DNA of 63,675 nucleotides, the filler included. It is 4 parts of 4 records of this genome, joined end to end, with 100 filler letters (N's around TTAATTAATTAA, not from the genome) between each part and the next. Parts side by side here need not be neighbours in the genome. Positions count along the whole stretch, not along the records: positions 20,426 to 52,130 come from SRR20825019_154; positions 52,231 to 58,113 come from SRR20825019_159; positions 58,214 to 63,675 come from SRR20825019_187; 1 more part is not named here. The stretch is one strand, 5' to 3'. The translations under genes were made by a program, and so were the position numbers. A model generated the notes under the pieces. It did no database searches. It was not told the DNA's origin and worked only from the letters and a program-made list of their open reading frames with translations. Below are positions 49,455 through 60,189 of this stretch, piece after piece (within the stretch, counting starts at the first letter, position 1; the number at the start of each line of letters is the position of its first letter).

Positions 49455-52130
49455 TCAGATACCCGCGGCAGCGCGTTCGCGCAGGGCCTGCGCGTCGCGC
49501 GGCGAGACATCGGGATAGTCCGGGTCGGTGCCGACTTCGGGCAGCACCTTCCAGGAGCGGGCGCAGCGCTTGCCCTCGGCCAGGGCCGGCATGACGGAAA
49601 CGCCCGGCACGTCGTCGAGGCGGAAGGCTTCGCCCGGACCTTCGTTCTGCTTGACATCGATGGCGGAGGTAATGGCGATTTCGGCCAGGTCCTGCCCTTC
49701 GAGGGCCACCACATAGCGGGCATCGGCGATGAACACCTTTGGCGCGGCCTCCAGCGAGGAGCCGATGCGCTTTTCGCGACGCTCGATTTCGAGCGCACCG
49801 GTCACGACGCGGCGGACAGCGCGGATGAGCTGCCATTTCGCCGCCAGATCATTGTCCAGCCAGGTCGGCGGAATGTCAGGGAACTGGCGCAGGTGGACCG
49901 AGGCGCCCTCCTCGGGATGCCGTTCGAGCCAGCATTCTTCCATGGTGAAGACCAGTATGGGTGCGAGCCAGGCAGTGAGCGCGTTGAACAGGTGATCAAG
50001 CACGGTCAGCGCCGAGCGGCGCTTGATCGAGGAGATCGGATCGCAATAGAGCGTGTCCTTGCGGACATCGAAATAGAACGCGGAGAGTTCGATGTTCATG
50101 AAGTTGGTGAGCAACGTCACCACCTTGCGGTAGTCATATTCATTGTAAGCCGCGCGGACGCCGGTATCGAGCTGGGCCAGTCGGTGCAGCATCAGCCGCT
50201 CGAGTTCGGGCATGTCCTTGGGATCGACGACGTCGTCTTTCCTGAAATGGGCCAGATTGCCGAGCAGCCAGCGCAAGGAGTTCCTCAGCTTGCGATAGCT
50301 GTCGACCGTGGTCTGGATGATCTCCTTGCCCAGGCGCAGATCTTCCGAATAGTCGGACGAGGCGACCCAGAGCCGGAGGATATCGGCGCCGAACTGCTTG
50401 ATGATGTCCTGCGGGGCAACGGTATTGCCCAGCGACTTGCTCATTTTGCGGCCTTCCCCATCCATGGTGAAACCATGGGTGAGGACGCTGTCATAAGGCG
50501 CGTGGCCATTGGTGGCGCAGCTTTCGAGCAGGGACGAATGGAACCAGCCGCGATGCTGATCCGAGCCCTCTAGATACATCGAAGCCGGGAATTTCAGATG
50601 CGGCCATTTCTGTTTGTTGCGCAGCACGAATGAGTGGGTCGAGCCTGAATCGAACCAGACATCGAGCACATCGCGGACCATCTCATAGTCCTCGACCGTG
50701 TAGTCGGCGCCGAGATAGCGTTCGGCGGCGCCGGGCTTGTACCAGGCATCGGCGCCTTCTTCCTCGAAGGACTGGGCGATGCGGTGATTGACCGTTTCGT
50801 CGCGGAGGATTTCGCCGCTCTGCTTGTGCACGAAAACCGTGATTGGGACGCCCCAGGCGCGCTGGCGCGACAGCACCCAGTCGGGACGATCGGCGATCAT
50901 GGCACGCAGGCGGTTCTGCCCGGCAGCGGGATAGAATTTGGTTGCATCGATGGCGGTGAGGGCCCGGCTGCGCAGGGTATCGCCTGCCTCCCCTTCAATG
51001 TCCTTGTCCATATAGACAAACCATTGCGGGGTGTTGCGGAATATCACCGGCTTCTTGGAGCGCCAGGAATGGGGGTATTGGTGCTTGACGCGACCACGGG
51101 CGATGATGTTGCCGTGCTCGGCCAAAGCGGCAATGACGCGGTTATTGGCGTCGCCCTTCTTGCCGTTATCGTCGATGACGCGGGCGCCGTCGAAGCCGGG
51201 GGCGTCTTTGGTGTAAAAACCGCCATCGTCGACCGCATAGGGAATTTTCGGATCGATGCCGCGCTCGTTGAGCAGACGGGTGGATTCCATCCAGATGCCG
51301 AAGTCGTCCAGGCCATGACCCGGTGCGGTGTGCACAAAGCCGGTACCGGCGTCGTCGGTGACATGCTCGCCGTCAAGCAAGGGCACGTCGAAGTTGTAGC
51401 CGCCGGCGAAGCCGCGCAGGGGGTGGGCTGCCGTGATCGCAGCGAGTTCGTCAGCCGTGACAACAGCGCGCTTTTCGAAGCCGGTAACCTTGGCCTTAGC
51501 AAAGACCTCGGCTGCGAGCTTGTCGGCCAGGATCAGCTTGTCGCCGACTTTGGCCCAGTTTTCGGCCGGCGCCTCGGTGACCTCATAGAGGCCGTATTCG
51601 ATGCGCGACGAGAAGCTGATGGCGCGGTTGGCCGGGATGGTCCAGGGCGTGGTGGTCCAGATGACAACCGAAGCGCCTTCTTTGACCAACCGAGGGGCAA
51701 CCTCGTCTGCCGTAGGAGGACGCCGCTCAATGAACGCCTCCCCAGCATCGCGGTTGCCGCGAACCACAGGGAACTTCACCCAGATGGTGTCACTCTCGTG
51801 GTCCTGATATTCGATTTCGGCTTCGGCGAGCGCGGTGCGTTCGACCACCGACCACATGACGGGCTTACTGCCGCGATAAAGCTGGCCGCTCATCGAGACC
51901 TTCATCAGCTCGCGGGCGATCTGGGCTTCGGCGTCAAAACTCATGGTGAGATAGGGATTGTCCCATTCTCCCAGGATGCCGAGGCGCTTGAATTCCTCGC
52001 GCTGGATATCGACCCACTGCTCGGCAAAGGTGCGGCACTCCTGGCGGAATTCGACCACCGGGACGTCGTTCTTGTCCTTGCCCTTGGCGCGGTACTGCTC
52101 CTCGATCTTCCATTCGATGGGCAGGCCGTG
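49455..52130 (-). CDS. ileS: Isoleucyl-tRNA synthetase (5' end truncated by the linker)
   Basis: HGLPIE at the contig edge, [29 protein letters not shown] and KMSKS. Confidence 0.97.
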   Translation of the reverse strand, partial: HGLPIEWKIEEQYRAKGKDKNDVPVVEFRQECRTFAEQWVDIQREEFKRLGILGEWDNPYLTMSFDAEAQIARELMKVSMSGQLYRGSKPVMWSVVERTALAEAEIEYQDHESDTIWVKFPVVRGNRDAGEAFIERRPPTADEVAPRLVKEGASVVIWTTTPWTIPANRAISFSSRIEYGLYEVTEAPAENWAKVGDKLILADKLAAEVFAKAKVTGFEKRAVVTADELAAITAAHPLRGFAGGYNFDVPLLDGEHVTDDAGTGFVHTAPGHGLDDFGIWMESTRLLNERGIDPKIPYAVDDGGFYTKDAPGFDGARVIDDNGKKGDANNRVIAALAEHGNIIARGRVKHQYPHSWRSKKPVIFRNTPQWFVYMDKDIEGEAGDTLRSRALTAIDATKFYPAAGQNRLRAMIADRPDWVLSRQRAWGVPITVFVHKQSGEILRDETVNHRIAQSFEEEGADAWYKPGAAERYLGADYTVEDYEMVRDVLDVWFDSGSTHSFVLRNKQKWPHLKFPASMYLEGSDQHRGWFHSSLLESCATNGHAPYDSVLTHGFTMDGEGRKMSKSLGNTVAPQDIIKQFGADILRLWVASSDYSEDLRLGKEIIQTTVDSYRKLRNSLRWLLGNLAHFRKDDVVDPKDMPELERLMLHRLAQLDTGVRAAYNEYDYRKVVTLLTNFMNIELSAFYFDVRKDTLYCDPISSIKRRSALTVLDHLFNALTAWLAPILVFTMEECWLERHPEEGASVHLRQFPDIPPTWLDNDLAAKWQLIRAVRRVVTGALEIERREKRIGSSLEAAPKVFIADARYVVALEGQDLAEIAITSAIDVKQNEGPGEAFRLDDVPGVSVMPALAEGKRCARSWKVLPEVGTDPDYPDVSPRDAQALRERAAAGI

Positions 52131-52230
52131 NNNNNNNNNNNNNNNNNNNNNNNNNNNNNNNNNNNNNNNNNNNNTTAATTAATTAANNNNNNNNNNNNNN
52201 NNNNNNNNNNNNNNNNNNNNNNNNNNNNNN
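52131..52230. other. Artificial contig linker
   Basis: 44 N + TTAATTAATTAA + 44 N, with an abrupt GC drop afterwards. Confidence 0.99.
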
Positions 52231-52287
52231 TCCAATAAATTCCGTTAACTTTTATTGGACAACAATAGTTTTGTATTAAAATATAAT

Positions 52288-52650
52288 TTATTTAGCATCC
52301 AACTTAATCGCTTGTAAAATATAATACTCCAGTATTTCGTCTTTATATTCTATAGTTGATGTTAACCTTAAATTTAAGGATTTATTTCCAACCCCTTCCA
52401 GAAGGTTGTATTTATCTTCAAACTGTTTACCATCTGTAAATGAAAACGTTATCCCTTTTAACGTAGGACTCACGGAAATAATAATTCTATTATGTCTATA
52501 CACAGGAACTCCATAATATTTTTCAGTCCCTCCTCGCATTTCTTCTTTTAGCGATGGGAATTTTGTATGAATCAAGCTCCTAAATTTTGTAAAAATAGGT
52601 TGATACTCTTCCTTTATTTTATCTTTTATGAATTGGTTGATGGTTTTCAT
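52288..52650 (-). CDS. DUF1801 (YdhG-like) protein
   Basis: YYGVPVY, ITFSF and FEDKYNLLEGVG. Confidence 0.7.
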   Translation of the reverse strand: MKTINQFIKDKIKEEYQPIFTKFRSLIHTKFPSLKEEMRGGTEKYYGVPVYRHNRIIISVSPTLKGITFSFTDGKQFEDKYNLLEGVGNKSLNLRLTSTIEYKDEILEYYILQAIKLDAK

Positions 52651-52655
52651 ATAAG

Positions 52656-53291
52656 CTAATTTTTGAAATTAGATTTTTGTAGGTAATTAGCACAAGCCCA
52701 AACCCAAATAGCACAAAATACGATAACCATTCTCCCCAGCCAGCCAATTGGAGTTTCAGGAGTTATCATACCATTGGTTTCACTCAAATAAATACTCATA
52801 GTAGCTATTAAAATAAATTCTAAAACCCACAGTATTATAGTTAACAGAAGTATATTTTTTTTATAGACTTTAAGCTGTTCTTGTTTTCTAAATTGAAAAG
52901 CAATAAACACCGTAGCCAAAATCATAAAAGCTAATAATCCTGCTGCAGCGTTATGAATTTGACCGCTTATTGTAATTTTTTCGGGTAATGTACTTACTGA
53001 ATCTGTATTAAAAATACCTGCTAAAAAATTACCTAGAGAAGCTATTATTAATAACACACCTCCAATTTTAGAACCAGTATTTGGTAATTTTTTAATTAGG
53101 TATATCCCTAAAGTTAAAAAACTTATTCCAAGTGAAAAAAATGTAACATTCATTAACCAGCCAGCATTCCCTAATGCATATTCGCTAATGGGCTGCCATA
53201 TTGGATTCACAGCAGTGTTTATAATGTGTAATAGTACTAGCAGGGCAATAAACACAATTGCACCTATTTTGGTAATGGTTAACTTATTCAT
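52656..53291 (-). CDS. DUF998 membrane protein
   Basis: PIWQPISEYA, AGIFNTD, GQIH and GWLGR. Confidence 0.75.
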   Translation of the reverse strand: MNKLTITKIGAIVFIALLVLLHIINTAVNPIWQPISEYALGNAGWLMNVTFFSLGISFLTLGIYLIKKLPNTGSKIGGVLLIIASLGNFLAGIFNTDSVSTLPEKITISGQIHNAAAGLLAFMILATVFIAFQFRKQEQLKVYKKNILLLTIILWVLEFILIATMSIYLSETNGMITPETPIGWLGRMVIVFCAIWVWACANYLQKSNFKN

Positions 53292-53317
53292 ATAATTTAA
53301 AACTTAAGGATGATAAT

Positions 53318-53530
53318 TTATTCCCTTTTCCCATTGATATAGGCATACATTGCCATAGCGTGTCCGTGACCCAACTCAAATTCCTCTTTAAGCCAATTGG
53401 TTACTTCTGTAGCTTTTACAATTAATTTACCATTTTTAGTAAAAGCTTTTTCTTCTGCAAGATTTTGGAAGTCCTGAGCAGTTTTGCCAGTTTTTTCTTC
53501 GATGTTCTTGATATAAGTTTGGAATGCCAT
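53318..53530 (-). CDS. DUF4287 protein
   Basis: FQTYIKNIEEKTGK and WLKEEFELGHGHAMA. Confidence 0.85.
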   Translation of the reverse strand: MAFQTYIKNIEEKTGKTAQDFQNLAEEKAFTKNGKLIVKATEVTNWLKEEFELGHGHAMAMYAYINGKRE

Positions 53531-53532
53531 AA

Positions 53533-53916
53533 TTATTGAGCTTTAGTTTTAAGTTTGATTTTTTGTGAATAGACGTAAGAAACTCCTAGTACCACACCTA
53601 CTACAATAGGCATTATGATATTTGCTATAACTTGGTCTACTACTATATGACTTATAACTGCAAAAATTAAATTGAAGGTTAAACCTGCATAAGCCCATTC
53701 CCTTAGTTTAGCAGGAAGTTTTGGAAACATTATTGCTGTTCCACCTAACACTTTACAAACAATTAAAGCATAAGCAAAATAATCAGGGTACCCCAATGGC
53801 TTGGTTCCTGCATTAAAGTATTCGTGTGCAAATAAAAGTGTTGCCAATGGCATTAAAGCCTCCATTACAAAAATTACGGAAGTGGCTATCCAGAATATGA
53901 TTTTATTCTTTTTCAT
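53533..53916 (-). CDS. DoxX-like membrane protein
   Basis: LGYPDYF and LREWAYAG...AVISH. Confidence 0.85.
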   Translation of the reverse strand: MKKNKIIFWIATSVIFVMEALMPLATLLFAHEYFNAGTKPLGYPDYFAYALIVCKVLGGTAIMFPKLPAKLREWAYAGLTFNLIFAVISHIVVDQVIANIIMPIVVGVVLGVSYVYSQKIKLKTKAQ

Positions 53917-54413
53917 TTTTTTACATTTATTAGTAATTCATCCAATCTTTCTAACGTTGATTTAAGTCCATCTTCCATTCCCATTTCTATTATAGTTTCT
54001 AAATCTTTTAGAGAATTGTAGGTTACAACGGTCTCAACTTTTGATTTTTCATTCAAATCTAAAAAACTCACGTGCCATTTTGCTCTTGGCAAAGCTGGGT
54101 TTAGATTTCCATTTTTGTCACAAAACCCATCTAATGATTTATAATAATCAATAGGTTTAATTTCTGTAAAATCTGTTCGTCCCCAGTGCTCAGTTCCGTT
54201 TGGTTCTATCATAGCGTATAACCAATATCCACCTTCCTTAAAATCCATCGTCTTTGTTTTGGCCGTCAATGGCTTTGGTGCAAACCACTTTTCTAATAAT
54301 TCACTTTTCGTGTAGCAATCCCAAACAAGTTGTCTTTCAGCATTAAATTCACGCACAATTGTAAGTGTGTTATCCTTCTTGTTTACCAAGAAGTCAAATT
54401 GTAGTTTATTCAT
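53913..54413 (-). CDS. SRPBCC/AHSA1 domain protein
   Basis: REFNA, WFAPKP, GGYWLYAM and GMEDG. Confidence 0.9.
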   Translation of the reverse strand: MNKLQFDFLVNKKDNTLTIVREFNAERQLVWDCYTKSELLEKWFAPKPLTAKTKTMDFKEGGYWLYAMIEPNGTEHWGRTDFTEIKPIDYYKSLDGFCDKNGNLNPALPRAKWHVSFLDLNEKSKVETVVTYNSLKDLETIIEMGMEDGLKSTLERLDELLINVKK

Positions 54414-54919
54414 TGCTTTTTATTTTTAGTTAATAATAATTGGTCTAAGTTTAAAAGAGCCATCCCGAAACCTTCCTTAAAGCCCATTTCAATCAATGTT
54501 TCAATGTCTTCTAGTTTATCGTGTTTTAAGGTAATATCTACTAATGTAATGTCATTTTTTTCTGTAAAAAGATTTGTCCATAATGAGCGTGGTTTTATTG
54601 TATTTTCATTTCCATTTTCGTCACAAAAGGCATCTAACCAAGACAATAACTTGTTTGTTTCAATTTCCTTATAATCAGCTTTACACCAGGTCTTTTCATT
54701 TTTAGGGCTTACCATTGCATAAAGCCACATTCCTCCAATTTCTAAATCTAAAGTTTTAGTTTCAATATGATAGGGTTTTGGTGCCCACCACTGGTTTAAC
54801 AATTCTGGTTCTGTCCAAGCTTTCCAAACCAATTCAAGTTTAGCATTAAACTCTCGCTGAATGTTAATCGTTTTATTTTCCTTATCCACGGAAAAATTGA
54901 ATAATAGGCTACTTTTCAT
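54410..54919 (-). CDS. SRPBCC/AHSA1 domain protein
   Basis: [19 protein letters not shown] and MGFKEG. Confidence 0.9.
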   Translation of the reverse strand: MKSSLLFNFSVDKENKTINIQREFNAKLELVWKAWTEPELLNQWWAPKPYHIETKTLDLEIGGMWLYAMVSPKNEKTWCKADYKEIETNKLLSWLDAFCDENGNENTIKPRSLWTNLFTEKNDITLVDITLKHDKLEDIETLIEMGFKEGFGMALLNLDQLLLTKNKKQ

Positions 54920-55241
54920 TTTTTTTGTTTTTAAGTGTTTCTAATAAATTATCGAGTTGGTTAAATCGATTTTCCCAAATGACTCTAAATTGCTCTAGCC
55001 ATTTATCGATTTCTTTCATTTTTTCAACTTTAAGTTCGTAGTATATTTCTCTCCCTTGTTGGTTAGCCTCAACCAAGTCACATTCATTTAAAATTTGAAT
55101 GTGTTTAGAAATAGTGGGTCTTGCAGCATCAAAGTTTTCGGCTATAGCACCCGCTGTCATTGTTTGTGAGGTGAGTAATACCAATATAGCCCGCCTTGTT
55201 GGATCGGAAATTGCTTGAAAAATATCTCGTCTTAATTTCAT
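54909..55241 (-). CDS. ArsR/SmtB-family transcriptional regulator
   Basis: [23 protein letters not shown] and GREIYY. Confidence 0.92.
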   Translation of the reverse strand: MKLRRDIFQAISDPTRRAILVLLTSQTMTAGAIAENFDAARPTISKHIQILNECDLVEANQQGREIYYELKVEKMKEIDKWLEQFRVIWENRFNQLDNLLETLKNKKNEK

Positions 55242-55286
55242 TATGAAGTTATTTAACTACAAATATATATGAAGTTACTTAACTAC
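55242..55286 (-). promoter_or_regulatory. Putative ArsR operator pair flanking a Bacteroidota -7 promoter element
   Basis: TATGAAGTTA(T/C)TTAACTAC occurs at 55242-55260 and 55268-55286. TATATTTG (TAnnTTTG) lies on the minus strand at 55260-55267. Confidence 0.7.
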
Positions 55287-55539
55287 GCAATTATATTTTA
55301 GATAAAGTCATTTAAAATAGTTTACTACCTAAAAAACAAAGAAGCTGTAATTACAGGTGTATTCTCTATAAAGATGTTGAAGACAAGTAAAATAGTAGAT
55401 TCTATATTTTTTATCCATATAGTCGTAAAAGACCAGAGAATTATTAAATACACCCTACTGAAAGATAGTTATGCCGTTTCAGCATCTTTATCTTAACTAA
55501 AAAGGGTGCTGATTACTTTTAAAATTCATTACAATTAAA

Positions 55540-56610
55540 CTAGTTTGCATAGTCGGTCAATAAAGATTTGGTATTCTCCACATATAATATCTTGGCTACT
55601 TCTTGCAATCTAGACTTAGGAATCTTTTTCCATCGATTGAAATCGGTTTCATAATTTGATCCAAAAAGAAGCTGGCTCATATTAGTAACAATACGGTAAT
55701 TAGCATGAGGATGCGCATTTCTGGGATCATTCTTTGCATTTTTTAAATAATAAGCTACACGATTGTAAAGTTCTTTATTGCAAAATATCATTTCTATTAA
55801 TTTGCCTCTGTATTCAAGGTCTCGCGACTCTAAACCTGGGAATCTTTTGTAATCATAAAAATGTTGTCCTTCATGTTTAAGATAAACTATTTTAAATTTT
55901 TCAGAACTTTGATTATATCCCTTTGAAACACAATAAAGCGCCTTATTAGTAGCCCAACCCCCTGGATATCTCTCGCCTAAACGGGAATATTCCATCCAAC
56001 CTAAAGATATAAAATCCTTCATAAAATAGACAGTCACCTCTTCAGTGTGGTCTACCAATTCAATTTTAAACTTCTTGGGTTCCATGGTTCTCCAAACTAA
56101 AAAGTCATAAAATTTACCAGCTTTCCCAAAATCCGTACAATAATAACCTTTACTTTCTATGTACCTTTTGTACACTTCATCTAAATTATCATGATTAACA
56201 ATTGTGGCATTATTAGCATCGTTTTGTGCTGCTTTATTAAAGAAGTTTATCAATTTCACCTTAAACAAACTGTCATTATCTTGCTCAGGATGTAACAGTC
56301 CTTGTCGCCAATATTTCTGAAATATTCGATGCAATGGATTCAAGAGGGTATCAGTTATAGCAAAATAGTTAGTGGTTAAGTCTTCATTATACTTAAAACG
56401 TGCCTCAAACTTATCTTTGAAATTAAGATCTTTAGTCTTATAAATCTGTAATGTATCTAGGGAGTTTAGAATTGGGGTTATCTCCCCTTTTATAGCCATT
56501 CCAAAAATGTACTCATAATCAAGAGTGTCTTTAACTGTTTTTTGTGCATAAATAGTGAAGGTAAACAATAGGAATAAACTAAAAATAGGAGCTTTATGTT
56601 TCGAATTCAT
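55540..56610 (-). CDS. Hypothetical exported protein with an HExxH motif
   Basis: Signal peptide; YLKHEGQHFYD followed by LEYR. Confidence 0.65.
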   Translation of the reverse strand: MNSKHKAPIFSLFLLFTFTIYAQKTVKDTLDYEYIFGMAIKGEITPILNSLDTLQIYKTKDLNFKDKFEARFKYNEDLTTNYFAITDTLLNPLHRIFQKYWRQGLLHPEQDNDSLFKVKLINFFNKAAQNDANNATIVNHDNLDEVYKRYIESKGYYCTDFGKAGKFYDFLVWRTMEPKKFKIELVDHTEEVTVYFMKDFISLGWMEYSRLGERYPGGWATNKALYCVSKGYNQSSEKFKIVYLKHEGQHFYDYKRFPGLESRDLEYRGKLIEMIFCNKELYNRVAYYLKNAKNDPRNAHPHANYRIVTNMSQLLFGSNYETDFNRWKKIPKSRLQEVAKILYVENTKSLLTDYAN

Positions 56611-56880
56611 ATCTTTCTTATGTATGGTTTATAATTAAAAGACATGTATTTTTAACGAATGTTGCAGTTACCATTTTAAAACTATGTTAAAATAACATTT
56701 GATACTTTACACATAAATTTCTGCTTAGTTTTTGTATCCATACTTTAAAAGATAAGGACTTAACCATTTGTATATAAAAAAATGCATTGTTTTTTGGTTT
56801 CCAACTATTAGAACATCCATCTAAAATCTTATTTTATATACTTAGATAAGTTCATAACTTATTCAGAATATAACAATCAC

Positions 56881-56888
56881 TATATTTG
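56881..56888 (+). promoter_or_regulatory. Bacteroidota -7 promoter element
   Basis: TATATTTG about 25 nt upstream of the ATG at 56913. Confidence 0.5.
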
Positions 56889-56912
56889 ATATTGACATCC
56901 TAAATAATAACA

Positions 56913-57842
56913 ATGCTGAAAATTAGATTCCTCATCATAATTGTTCTTACATCTTATGGAGTAAGGGCACAACATACAAGAGAAGTCGCCCAGTTTAATC
57001 ACGATTTCAATCAATCCCTCAGTGTTCGAGATCTTGCTATTACTGCAGACGGAAAGGAAGCGTTCTTTACTATCCAAAGTCCTTTTCAGGAAATTTCTCA
57101 AATTGCTTTTATAAAAAAAGAAAATAATACATGGAGCGAGCCCGAATTAATGCCATTTTCTGATGCATTTTCCTATTTAGAACCTTTTATATCTGCCAAT
57201 GGGAACCGCTTGTATTTTGTCTCTGACCGCCCCTTACATAGTGCTGATACCATTAAAAAAGACTTCGATATATGGTATGTAGAAAGAAAGCAACAAGGCG
57301 AAAAATGGTCTACACCTATAAATTTAGGAAAACCTGTAAATTCAGATCTTGATGAATTTTATCCTTCACTAAGTGAAAATAACAATTTATATTTTACTAT
57401 GGTCTCACCCGAAGGTATGGGAAAAGACGATATTTATGTATGTAGATGGCAAAATGGAGCCTACCAAAGTCCTATGCTTTTAGACAAACATATTAATAGT
57501 GCTGGGTATGAATTCAATGCTTTTATTTCTAAAAAGGAAGATTTTTTAATCTTTACAAAATATAATGAAGCAGATGGTTATGGTAGCGGAGATCTTTATA
57601 TCTCTAAAAAGAATTCCATGGGAAATTGGGAAAAGGCTGAGAATATGGGAGCAGCCATCAATACCAAATATATGGAATACTGCCCCTTCTACGATGAGCA
57701 AAGCCAGCTATTATATTTTACTAGCAAAAGAAATGATTTAACTCCAAGAACATTTAAAGACTTTTCAGATTTGCAACAATACATAAAGGAAAGTAATAAT
57801 GGACTGAGTAAAATTTATTGGATTCCTCTAAATATAAATTAG
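56913..57842 (+). CDS. Exported TolB-like/PD40 beta-propeller protein
   Basis: Signal peptide; repeats such as EPFISANGNRLYFVSDR, NLGKPVNS...EFYP and YCPF...LYFTS. Confidence 0.82.
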   Translation: MLKIRFLIIIVLTSYGVRAQHTREVAQFNHDFNQSLSVRDLAITADGKEAFFTIQSPFQEISQIAFIKKENNTWSEPELMPFSDAFSYLEPFISANGNRLYFVSDRPLHSADTIKKDFDIWYVERKQQGEKWSTPINLGKPVNSDLDEFYPSLSENNNLYFTMVSPEGMGKDDIYVCRWQNGAYQSPMLLDKHINSAGYEFNAFISKKEDFLIFTKYNEADGYGSGDLYISKKNSMGNWEKAENMGAAINTKYMEYCPFYDEQSQLLYFTSKRNDLTPRTFKDFSDLQQYIKESNNGLSKIYWIPLNIN

Positions 57843-57957
57843 CATCTTTTATCATATCGGCACGAGTATGATGTTTGCGCTAGCGGGGTTTCTTTTTTAC
57901 TGAAGAAAATTCTTTTAGCTATTGGTTCAAAAATATTTAAACCTCAATTAATCAATC

Positions 57958-57992
57958 AAAAAAAAGCTACTAAGTTTCCTTAGTAGCCTTTT
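57958..57992. terminator. Bidirectional-type rho-independent terminator
   Basis: A-run, GCTACTAAG-TTTC-CTTAGTAGC, then T-run, between convergent genes. Confidence 0.75.
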
Positions 57993-58014
57993 CTATAATT
58001 TTATTTGAAGAATA

Positions 58015-58113
58015 TTATTTACTCAAATACATCTTTCTACGCTGATACAAGTCGTAAAACTCATCATCTTTCAAGCTATCTATAAATAAGATACTCTCTC
58101 CTGTACTCTTCAT
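58015..58113 (-). CDS. carB: Carbamoyl-phosphate synthase large subunit, C-terminal 32 aa (truncated)
   Basis: Manual translation MKSTGESILFIDSLKDDEFYDLYQRRKMYLSK*; MKSTGE is a CarB motif. Confidence 0.8.
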   Translation of the reverse strand: MKSTGESILFIDSLKDDEFYDLYQRRKMYLSK

Positions 58114-58213
58114 NNNNNNNNNNNNNNNNNNNNNNNNNNNNNNNNNNNNNNNNNNNNTTAATTAATTAANNNNNNNNNNNNNNNNNNNNNNNNNNNNNNN
58201 NNNNNNNNNNNNN
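58114..58213. other. Artificial contig linker
   Basis: 44 N + TTAATTAATTAA + 44 N. Confidence 0.99.
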
Positions 58214-58345
58214 CCCCCCCCCCCCCCCCCCCCGCCCCCGGACGCGTCCGGTCCATGTCTGTCTATCCCTGTACTTTGTGCCGGATTCTTATTCTACGAG
58301 ATGGCTCCGAGTGCTGTATCATGCCGCTCACTCTGCTGGTGCCAG

Positions 58346-59631
58346 GTGTGCTACCTCATTGTGGACTCTCTCTGCGGTGTGTCTTTGAAATGGGTAAGTG
58401 ATTGTGGTGTCGATTGCCAGGCCCGGTGCAGCGTGTGACGGCGTTGCACCTCACAGGCAGTGGGAGTCATGGACCCGCTCGTATTGCTCGCTATCCGGGG
58501 AGTCATGTCTGAGGCACTATACCTATGTGCCGTGCTGGTGTTCGAGCACAAGCATCTGAGGGCGAGGGATAAGGAAGGGCGCGCCGTGTGGTCCGCGGCG
58601 ATGAGAGATTGGAAGATGTTCACAGTGTTGGGGTTCGTAGGCGTGGTAAGCATTCGATATGAGCATTGGCGGTGGTTGGAGTGGCGCCTGGGGAATATAT
58701 TGGAAGGAGCGGCGTGGTGTTGTGTGGGATGTGTTGATACGGGCTGGCACTGGGGCTGTATGACTGGCAGTGGTTTGACTAGTCTGTTGTAGTACTGCAA
58801 CCAAATGGCGGCGTCGTACGGCCTGATATTCACTACGGCCACAAACTCCTTCATTCTGCTCCAGATCATCCCCGTGGCCACTGCCATCCTCCTAGCAGCC
58901 ATGAGGATAGAGAAGGTGGGGCTCCTCAAAATGGTCGGAATCGTGGTGTCCATCGGGGGTGTTCTCATCATGATCGACCCGAAGGACTTCGACGCACAAT
59001 CCACTGGTAACCTGTATTACATTGGCTGCTGCGTTAGCTTCGCGGTGTACCTGGTAATGCAGCGTTTTTACTTTCAGGATGAAGGGCGCCAGTACCCTCC
59101 AGTCTTCACGGCGCTCGCCGTCAACACCACCGGAAGCGTGTTCTCGTTGGTAACGCTTCTCGGTGCCTATCCCTTCCTTGAGTTTGACTTAAGTGGCACC
59201 TCGGCTATAGCATGGCTGGCCGCAGGGGCGGCCAGTTTGACCTCGGTTGGGTATTACCTGTTGATCACGTAAGTGCGGTATCCCTATCATAATCATCCCT
59301 GGCGCTGACGTGTTCGCTTAATAGCATAGCCTTGGCAAACATGTCTGCCCTGTCAGTGTCAATGTACATCACCCTCCTTCCCCTGAGCGGTGGACTAGTG
59401 GCGTGGGTGCTCCTGGGCGAGCATATGCGCGCAGTGACTCTCATCGGTGGAGCGGTGGTGATCTGCGGAGTGTTGCTGGTGCTCTATGCGCGTTCCCGAG
59501 ATGAAATGGCGAAGGTGGAGTCCGATGACAAGTTGGGCGGTCCGATCGAGATGAAGGAGATTCGCTTGTCCCTTGCCGACCCGGAATTTGCGCCCTTATA
59601 CCTTGACTGGGGCAACTCGTACAACACTTAG
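58346..59631 (+). CDS. Spliced eukaryotic EamA/DMT (WAT1-like) transporter, 5' incomplete; exons 58346-58393, 58457-58645, 58793-59268, 59325-59631
   Basis: GTAAG...AG introns join the fragments in frame (LGFVGV|YCNQMAASYGLIFTTATN; YLLIT|IALAN). EamA motifs LLGE and GGAVVICGV. Confidence 0.8.
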
Positions 59632-60189
59632 GTGCCGGGCGTTCAAATCTTCTTCGCACTCAACGTAGCGACCGATGTACTGGCCACTATGGCCACCATG
59701 TCACTTGCAGCTTGTGTAACTCCCCGAACCTCGGGCGCTCGATTCACAGCCAACATCCAACGACGTGGCTGCGGAGGCGATCCTGGTGTGATATGGGTCG
59801 GCATGTGGCGCGAATCCGTATGGCGCAAGAGACGCAAGGGCCAAGTGATGACAATGTGACACCTCGGCGCCCTTCCGCATCTGGGATTGGACTTAGTGAC
59901 AAGAGACACCATCAGGAGTCGCGGCCGCGGCATGATGTAGCGATTGATAAACAATGCCTCGTCCCCCCATTGTATTCCTCTAGATCATCCTGTGATAACC
60001 CCACAACAGCCGAAGCCGCACCCCGCCAGCAGCAGATTGCCAGTGAGCTCCCCAACTGGGGCCGTGAGAGCCAACTCCACTGGCACCGCCCGCCTGCGTT
60101 CCGTTCCTAGCATATGTGCTAATGCCGAAGCATCTCTGATAGATGCCCTAATGGCTCCGTGGAGCTCTATAACGTCAACCAGCCGAGCT

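Noticed and set aside
51680-51765. Extra segment in IleS ([24 protein letters not shown]) as a repeat insertion
   Set aside because: This position is length-variable in alphaproteobacterial IleS and the DNA does not match the palindromic family.
52231-58113. AT-rich block as a horizontally acquired island
   Set aside because: Bounded by linkers and contains a housekeeping carB end, so it is a separate Bacteroidota contig.
58015-58113. CarB ending soon after MKSTGE (no MGS domain) as a truncation
   Set aside because: To my knowledge short CarB is normal in Flavobacteriaceae, and a terminator follows.
20326-58213. TTAATTAATTAA motif repeated three times within N runs
   Set aside because: Synthetic six-frame-stop linker, not a biological repeat or att site.
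58214-58248. Poly-C run
   Set aside because: Contig-edge homopolymer, likely where the assembly broke.
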